A DNA stretch of 64,000 nt from Planctomycetota bacterium (GTDB lineage: Bacteria > Planctomycetota > Planctomycetia > Pirellulales > Lacipirellulaceae): contig JBCCXZ010000006.1 of NCBI GenBank assembly GCA_039190745.1, positions 1 to 64,000 on the forward strand, read 5' to 3'. A program made the translations under genes and the position numbers. Position 1 is the stretch's first letter; each line of letters begins with the position of its first letter. The notes under the pieces were generated by a model, which did no database searches, had not been told where the DNA came from, and was given only the letters and a program-made list of their open reading frames with translations. Positions 57,998 to 64,000 of the stretch are shown here, one piece after another.

Positions 57998-59599
57998 ATG
58001 GCTGAACTAAATCATGAGTGCGGCGTCGCCGCGGTCTACCACCTCCGAGGCGACGAGGTGAGCCCGCTCTGCCCCCCGCAGGGCCCCGGCGAGGTTTCGC
58101 GGCTGATGCCCCGGCTGCTGCTGGACATCCAGAACCGCGGCCAGCTCTCGGCAGGGATGACGACTTTCAACCCGGAGCGGTCGCAACTGATCGACACGCA
58201 CCGCAAACTCGGCACGGTCAGCGAGGTCTTCCGGCTCAACCACCGCGGCAAGTCCGAGGCGTTGATGCGGGAATACGCCGGCAGCGCGGCGATCGGCCAC
58301 ACCCGCTACGCCACCTGCGGGGCCGAAGACGCCAGCTACGCCCAGCCGTTCGAAAGGCACCACTTGCAGAGGCATAAGTGGTTCAGTTTCGCGTTCAACG
58401 GCCAGCTGGCGAACTACCAGGAACTGCGGGACGCCCTGCTCGCCGAAGACGACCACCACCTGGCACGGGCGACCGATACCGAAATCATCATGCACGAGAT
58501 CAGCCGGGAACTTTCCGGCGACCGTCGACCGCCGCTGATCGACGTCATGCGGGCGGTGGCCCGACGTTTCGACGGGGCCTACACCATCGCGATGCTGAAC
58601 GCCCAGGGCGAGATGCTCGTCGGCCGCGACCCCTTGGGGATCAAGCCGATGAGCTACGCCCTGGAGGGCCCGCTCTTCGCCGCGGCCAGCGAGAGCGTCG
58701 CACTTCAGAACCTCGGCTTCGCCCCGGAGTCGATCAAGCCGCTCCAGCCTGGCGAAGCCGTCACCGTGACCGACGAGGGCGTCCGCGTCGAACGGTTCAG
58801 CGACGACCGCCAGCGGGCGCACTGCTTCTTCGAGTGGATCTATTTCTCGAATGTAGCGAGCCGGCTCGACGGACGCAGCGTTTACCTATCGCGTAAGACG
58901 CTCGGCGAAGAATTGGCGCGTCTGGAAGACCTGGAGATAGACGACCGCACGGTGATCGTCCCCGTGCCCGACACCAGCAAGGCCGCCGCCGACGCGATGG
59001 CGTACAAACTCGGCGTGCCGAGCGTCGAGGGGCTCATCCGGAACCGTTACTCGGGGCGGACCTTCATCGAAGGGGGAGCGGGTCGGAAGCAAAAGGCCGC
59101 TGCAAAATACGTAGCGCTCCCCGAAGTGCTGGAGGGCAAGCGGGTGCTTCTGGTGGAAGACTCGATCGTCCGATCAACCACGATGCGGGTGCTGATCTCG
59201 AAGATCCGCGAGATCGGCCGTGCCGAAGAAATCCACGTCCGCGTCGCCTGCCCGCCGATCACGTCGCCCTGCTTCTACGGCATCGACATGTCGACGATCG
59301 ATGAACTCTTCGCGCCCTCCTTCCTAAGCAAGGGCGGAAGCCGCGAAGAAGCATTCGCTGACATGGCTGCCGAGCTCGGGGCCGACTCGCTGCGATACCT
59401 AGACGTCGAATCGATCGCCTCCGCCGTCGGCAAACCCGCCGGCGACCTCTGCCAGGCTTGCGTGACGGGCAACTACCCCACGCCCGCGGGCCAGAAGCTC
59501 TACGGCATAGCCCTGAATAACCGCTCTTCAGCAGGCGGCGAGGCGTCTGCAAGGACCTACGAATCGGTAGCGACGCCACTCGGTTCCTCCGCGGAATGA
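57998..59599 (+). CDS. purF: Amidophosphoribosyltransferase
   Basis: [42 protein letters not shown]. Confidence 0.97.
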   Translation: MAELNHECGVAAVYHLRGDEVSPLCPPQGPGEVSRLMPRLLLDIQNRGQLSAGMTTFNPERSQLIDTHRKLGTVSEVFRLNHRGKSEALMREYAGSAAIGHTRYATCGAEDASYAQPFERHHLQRHKWFSFAFNGQLANYQELRDALLAEDDHHLARATDTEIIMHEISRELSGDRRPPLIDVMRAVARRFDGAYTIAMLNAQGEMLVGRDPLGIKPMSYALEGPLFAAASESVALQNLGFAPESIKPLQPGEAVTVTDEGVRVERFSDDRQRAHCFFEWIYFSNVASRLDGRSVYLSRKTLGEELARLEDLEIDDRTVIVPVPDTSKAAADAMAYKLGVPSVEGLIRNRYSGRTFIEGGAGRKQKAAAKYVALPEVLEGKRVLLVEDSIVRSTTMRVLISKIREIGRAEEIHVRVACPPITSPCFYGIDMSTIDELFAPSFLSKGGSREEAFADMAAELGADSLRYLDVESIASAVGKPAGDLCQACVTGNYPTPAGQKLYGIALNNRSSAGGEASARTYESVATPLGSSAE

Positions 59600-60261
59600 G
59601 CCTGCCCCACTTGGCTCTTCAGCGGCTTGACGAACTCCGAGCGGTAGACCGGCTCCTCATTCAGCCGCGTCCTGCGTTCGAAGTGCGAGAGGTAGTCTAG
59701 GTGGTGCTCGGCGGGCCGTTCTGCGATCGTCAGGGGCCCCTCGAGCGGCGTCTCTCGGGCGATCAGGTCGAGCGACTCGTCGAAGTACTCCTTGACGTCC
59801 GTCCAGAAGTGCAGCTTCCCGCCGGGTTCCAGGGTTCGGACCACGTCGGCCAGGAGCCGCTCGTTCATGACGCGGCGGCGGCGGTGGCGTTTCTTCCACC
59901 AAGGGTCGGGGAAATAGACGTGGAATGCCCTCAGGCTGTTGTCCTCGATGGCCTCGTTCATGAAAGCGAGACCATCGCCGTGCAGGGAAACCGCGTTCGT
60001 CAGCCCCAGCTTCGCTAGGCGAGCCGCCGTGTACCGGGCGTACTTGAACGCCACCTCCACGCCGACGAAGTTGTGCTCAGGCCGGGCGAGCGCAGCGTTC
60101 GCGAGGAACAGACCTTTCCCGCTGCCGATTTCGACCTCCAGCGGGGCAGCGCGGTCGAAGCACTCGGGCGTGTGGAACGGCCTCGGGGCTTGTTCGACCG
60201 AACCGAAGTGCCGAGAGAGGTCCAGTTCGGGGTCGATCTTTCGTAGAGCCCGGCGCCCCAT
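59557..60261 (-). CDS. trmB: tRNA (guanine-N7)-methyltransferase
   Basis: [31 protein letters not shown]. Confidence 0.96.
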   Translation of the reverse strand: MGRRALRKIDPELDLSRHFGSVEQAPRPFHTPECFDRAAPLEVEIGSGKGLFLANAALARPEHNFVGVEVAFKYARYTAARLAKLGLTNAVSLHGDGLAFMNEAIEDNSLRAFHVYFPDPWWKKRHRRRRVMNERLLADVVRTLEPGGKLHFWTDVKEYFDESLDLIARETPLEGPLTIAERPAEHHLDYLSHFERRTRLNEEPVYRSEFVKPLKSQVGQAHSAEEPSGVATDS

Positions 60262-60264
60262 GAG

Positions 60265-60293
60265 TCAGCCGTTCGCTGTGTGTTAGCCGTTCG
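60265..60293. repeat. 18-bp-period echo of the fabZ-like gene end
   Basis: Minus strand CGAACGGCTAA-cacacag-CGAACGGCTGA. Confidence 0.6.
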
Positions 60294-60798
60294 AGCCTGG
60301 CGCGAGGGCGTCTTTTGGGAGTTGGACGCCGCGGACCTCGCCCTCGCACGCGATCGACTCGCCGACGAAACCCTGAAAGGCCCAGACGGCCATCCGGTGC
60401 CGACGGGTCTGACGCACCTTGGTGGCGATCACCAAGCGATCGCCGGGCCTGACGATGCCGCGGAAGCGCACCCCCTCCAGGCCGCCAAAGCCTACGATGC
60501 CGTCCCCCAAGAGCCCCACGCTGTGGGCGTAATAGGAGCAGACCTGGGCGGCAGCCTCGCACATGACGACGCCCGGCATCAACGGGGCCCCGGGCATATG
60601 GCCCGACACCCAAAACTCTTCGTCGGTGATGTCCTTGTAACCGACGCACGTCTGGGACTGCTGGTCGATCCACAAGATCGCTGTGAGCTGCTCCATGTGA
60701 TCCCGTTGCGGGTTCACCTTGCGGATCGCCGCGGCGTCGGCGACGGGGCTGTCGAAGTCGAGCTGCGTCGGGTCGACGATGTTTTCGCGTGCAGGCAA
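60283..60798 (-). CDS. fabZ: FabZ/FabA-family 3-hydroxyacyl-ACP dehydratase
   Basis: FWVSGHMPGAPLMPGVVMCEAAAQ, VRFRGIVRPGD; probable TTG start at 60798. Confidence 0.85.
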   Translation of the reverse strand: MPARENIVDPTQLDFDSPVADAAAIRKVNPQRDHMEQLTAILWIDQQSQTCVGYKDITDEEFWVSGHMPGAPLMPGVVMCEAAAQVCSYYAHSVGLLGDGIVGFGGLEGVRFRGIVRPGDRLVIATKVRQTRRHRMAVWAFQGFVGESIACEGEVRGVQLPKDALAPGSNG

Positions 60799-60968
60799 AG
60801 GAAGCAACCTCGTACCAAGACACGGGAGTAGCAATGGAAGCCGCGAGCAGCGCGGTGAATAGAAAAAAACGGCGGGCGTCTAGTGCAGGCAAAGCCGCGA
60901 GGGATGGCTCTACCCCCAGCCGGCTGTACGACGGCAGGGGCTGGAGCCCATCGGGCGGCCGGTCAACG

Positions 60969-61067
60969 CTAGGTCTTCACCTTCTGCCTGCGCGACTTCC
61001 GCGGACGGCTGCACGCGGGCCTTTTCCCGTGGTTGGCTTTCTTTACTTTTCTACCAGGCTTGGCCAT
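60969..61067 (-). CDS. bL37-like 50S ribosomal protein (32 aa)
   Basis: MAKPGRKVKKANHGKRPACSRPRKSRRQKVKT; GAGGA SD 8 nt upstream; KANHGKRP signature. Confidence 0.85.
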   Translation of the reverse strand: MAKPGRKVKKANHGKRPACSRPRKSRRQKVKT

Positions 61068-61215
61068 CGGCTCGTTCCTCGTGTGGGGGCGTCGCACGCT
61101 TGTGCATCGATATTGTGTCGAGCCCCTCAAAATAGCAAAACTACGCTCCCTGACAAACCCTCGAAGCCGGACAAGAACTCCATCCGGCGGAGCCCGAGGG
61201 CCTGGCGGACCCTAC

Positions 61216-62169
61216 TCACTCGTCGGGGCGGAGGTCCCAGGCTTCTAGCCATTTCTTGGAAGTCTGTTCCAGGCCAAACCCCTCAAGGAGCTCGTCGTGC
61301 ATCTCGGAGAGGTGGCCAGCCCCATAAAAAACGGCGATCCGGCGATCGCCCGCGTCGATCCGCTGGCGGAGCACCTCGAGTGCCCGCTTGTTCCGTTCGG
61401 TGATGATCGTCGAGCCGTTGGGCCCGGAGAGACCGCTGAGGAGGTCGTCCATGGCCCCAAACTGCTTGGCCAAAGCGATCTTCAACCGCCGGGGGCGGTC
61501 CTTCGACATCAACGCCGAGAAGATATCGAGGTCCGCGGACTCGCCGAGAGCCGACTGGCGGCTTTGCTGCGCGATCGCTTGGCCGACCATCCGGAAATAC
61601 ATCTTCGAGAAACTCTCGTCCCGCCGCTCCATCGACTCCAGAAACTGGTCCGGCGAGATGTCGGCGTGGACAAAGTTCGCCCGCGTGTAGTCGACCTGCT
61701 CGAGCTGGTGCTCGAGGCCCAGCATTGACTTCATCCCGTTCTGCACGGCGCCGAGCGGGTTGGTGCTGGAGGTTCCTCTGCCACGCGGGACGACCGTGCC
61801 GTCGGGGGCCACGAGTTCGTAGAGCACCGAATCGTACTCTCGGAACCGTCGGTTGAGCTCACGGTAGTAGTCTCGGTCGCCCACGTGGATCGCGCCGACT
61901 AGGTCAACCGTATAGCCGGTTCGGCCGGCGGCTTCGTTGGGCGCGTAGCTCGCGACCGCCACTTCGAGCGCAGCCGCCTTGCCCTGGTCGTCCTCGGCCA
62001 ACCGCACCCAGGCTTCCGCTGTAGCAGTGGAAGCGGCATCGGCTTTTTCGTCTTCTGCACTGGGACGCGCTTCCGCCAGCGGCGCCAGCAGCGGCGTCAA
62101 CAAGAGCGAGAACGCTTGCCAACGCGGTATCACTGTTCGGTAAGCAATCACAGGTATTCGGCCTTGCAT
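61216..62169 (-). CDS. Secreted TraB/GumN-like hypothetical protein
   Basis: VDLVGAIHVGD..VLYELV..IITERN..FYGAGHL; TATAAT on the minus strand at 62194-62199. Confidence 0.75.
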   Translation of the reverse strand: MQGRIPVIAYRTVIPRWQAFSLLLTPLLAPLAEARPSAEDEKADAASTATAEAWVRLAEDDQGKAAALEVAVASYAPNEAAGRTGYTVDLVGAIHVGDRDYYRELNRRFREYDSVLYELVAPDGTVVPRGRGTSSTNPLGAVQNGMKSMLGLEHQLEQVDYTRANFVHADISPDQFLESMERRDESFSKMYFRMVGQAIAQQSRQSALGESADLDIFSALMSKDRPRRLKIALAKQFGAMDDLLSGLSGPNGSTIITERNKRALEVLRQRIDAGDRRIAVFYGAGHLSEMHDELLEGFGLEQTSKKWLEAWDLRPDE

Positions 62170-62415
62170 GAGGGTGCTGTTGGTCGCCGCGGGATTATAG
62201 GCAGGCGGTTTTCCTCGAACAAACGGCTTACCGCACCGCTAGCACGGCAGCCGGAGCAACCCGCAATTTCCGCAGAGTTTACCGATCTTCTTCAACCGGC
62301 ACGACTGGGCGATCCGATACTACCGGCACAGACAATCCCCAACGCGCTCGCTGCGGGGTTGCGCCACCAGAACTGCGCCCGGTAACGGGCTCCTACTACG
62401 GGGTAGTTGGATCCT

Positions 62416-64000
62416 ATGACTGCTCGAAGCTTTGCCACCTCCCAGATTACCGCCGTGCTGTTTGCCATGCTCATGGCAAGCGCCGCACGGGCCCAAGGCC
62501 CCCTCGCTGGGGAGTTCGACGGCCTGTACGACGGGCACGACCTGCAGTTCTTCCGGCCGGCAGATCTGGATTTCGATGGCCGACCTTACCGCCGCGACGC
62601 GGGGTTCTTCTTCCGGTACGACAAGCTGAGCTGGTCGTTCACGGGGGAACGGACGCGCGTCGGTCTCGACGGGTTCTCCAACGCCTCAACCAACCCGTAC
62701 CGGGTGTTCGACGACGGCGGCGTTGTGGTACCCGTCGACCCAACGGACCCAGACGGAGATTCAGTCTTCATTCCGGGAACCGAAGTCAAACTGGCCGCAC
62801 CGCAGCTCGCGAACGGGCTCAACAGCACGGCGCCGAACTCGGCGTTCGCCTGGGGCGACAGGTACGAGTTCGGGCACTTCCAGGACGATGACGGGTGGAT
62901 GATCGGCATCCTCGATGGGCCCGAAGTGGTCACCAACGAGATTTACGGCTACGGCTTTAGCCCGCTCGACGAAACCACCACCGGAGGGGACTCGCTTGGC
63001 CTTGGCCCAGGCCTGCCCAGCCGCTTCCCTGGCGGCCCGGATCAGCTGATCAACCCTTTAGGCTCTGTACTGATCGTATTCAACGTCCCACTGATAACTG
63101 ACATCAACGGGAATCCAGTGCTCGATGACTCGGGGAATCAGCTCACGCTGATGCACGGCTACCTCGATCTCGTCGAAGGCGTCGGCGAAGGTCCGGCAGG
63201 GGCCCCTGGCGGTGCAGCACAGGGCGACCGCCTTACTGACGGTGTAGCAGACGGCGATGGCATCCCGGACGACATCGATCGCGACGGGCAGTTCGGCAAC
63301 GCTGGCATCGAGGACGGCGATCCGGGCGAGGTACCGGGCGCATTGGGCGGCGGGTTGCCCCACGACCTCGGCGACCTCGTGCTCCTCCCAACCTCTTTCC
63401 AGTCGGTCCAGGTCCGGAACTTCACCGAAACCCAGGGCATCGAGATCATGAAGACCTACCGGCTGCCCAACAAGTACCGGATGGCCAAGCACCAAAACAA
63501 CAACCTCATGATCGCCTACGGGGCGCGCTACCTGCGGCTGAACGACAACTTTATCGTCAACGGCGAGGGCGGCACGCTCGGAACGAGCTCGTGGGATACG
63601 CTCATCGAGAACCACATCGTCGGCCCACAGATCGCTTTGAGCTACCAGCACCAACGCGGCAAGTTCCATTGGGATTGGAACGGCCGATTCCTGTTCGGCT
63701 ACAATATCCAGAACTGGGCGCAAACGGCCGCACTGGGTGAAGACCACGTCACAGGACAGGTAAACGCCCCGCTGTATTTCCCGCCGACTTACTCGACGCA
63801 CGGTCGGCAGGACAACGACTTTTCGCCCGTGGCAGAGATGCGGGTGCAGTTGAGCTACCAGTTGACCAACGCCTTGGCTCTCAAGCTCGGCTACAACGCA
63901 CTGCTGGTGGACAACGTCCGGCGGGCCGCTCAGCAGGTCGACTACTCGCTGCCCAGCATGGGCTTCATCGACGGCGGCACTTCGGAGATCTTTGCCAACG
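62416..64000 (+). CDS. BBP7-like planctomycete outer-membrane beta-barrel (3' end runs off the window)
   Basis: Hand translation from ATG 62416: signal peptide (..AARA/Q), WGDRYEFG, YGARYLRLND, NHIVGPQIAL, FSPVAEMRVQLSYQLTNALALKLGY. Not in the ORF track. Confidence 0.82.
   Translation, partial: MTARSFATSQITAVLFAMLMASAARAQGPLAGEFDGLYDGHDLQFFRPADLDFDGRPYRRDAGFFFRYDKLSWSFTGERTRVGLDGFSNASTNPYRVFDDGGVVVPVDPTDPDGDSVFIPGTEVKLAAPQLANGLNSTAPNSAFAWGDRYEFGHFQDDDGWMIGILDGPEVVTNEIYGYGFSPLDETTTGGDSLGLGPGLPSRFPGGPDQLINPLGSVLIVFNVPLITDINGNPVLDDSGNQLTLMHGYLDLVEGVGEGPAGAPGGAAQGDRLTDGVADGDGIPDDIDRDGQFGNAGIEDGDPGEVPGALGGGLPHDLGDLVLLPTSFQSVQVRNFTETQGIEIMKTYRLPNKYRMAKHQNNNLMIAYGARYLRLNDNFIVNGEGGTLGTSSWDTLIENHIVGPQIALSYQHQRGKFHWDWNGRFLFGYNIQNWAQTAALGEDHVTGQVNAPLYFPPTYSTHGRQDNDFSPVAEMRVQLSYQLTNALALKLGYNALLVDNVRRAAQQVDYSLPSMGFIDGGTSEIFAN

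Noticed and set aside
1..64000. tRNA, rRNA, IS elements, integrases, prophage or defence systems
   Set aside because: None recognised on either strand by eye.

Overview
High-GC bacterial chromosomal DNA, almost certainly from a planctomycete (Pirellulales-like). This is inferred from a PVC-type CxxCH dehydrogenase, a PEP-CTERM/dockerin-like protein, a BBP7-like beta-barrel and an AroD-AroE fusion. About 55 genes are present, mostly housekeeping (tsaC/sua5, dtd, an EF-G paralog, hisA, hisH, aroK, aroDE, mutL, pnp, rpsO, comEC, aroF, gdhA, purF, trmB, fabZ-like), mixed with lineage-specific envelope proteins. I found no tRNA, rRNA, CRISPR array, integrase or transposase. Four coding sequences absent from the supplied ORF track were read by hand: a Tat-exported SGNH hydrolase (left edge), a beta-barrel (right edge), a 32-aa bL37-like ribosomal protein and a 28-aa leader peptide. 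The strongest findings are: (1) a complete ribosome-mediated attenuator with a Tyr/Phe/Trp-containing leader peptide in front of DAHP synthase; (2) a three-gene exported-protein operon whose first two genes share an unnamed paralogous domain, with a divergent LolA-like gene; (3) a peptidoglycan-processing cluster led by a MepA-like PEP-CTERM protein; (4) the bL37-like small ORF; (5) structured rpsO and pnp leaders sharing an exact 14-mer; and (6) short tandem duplications centred on stop codons. All family calls come from motif recognition by eye, not database searches.
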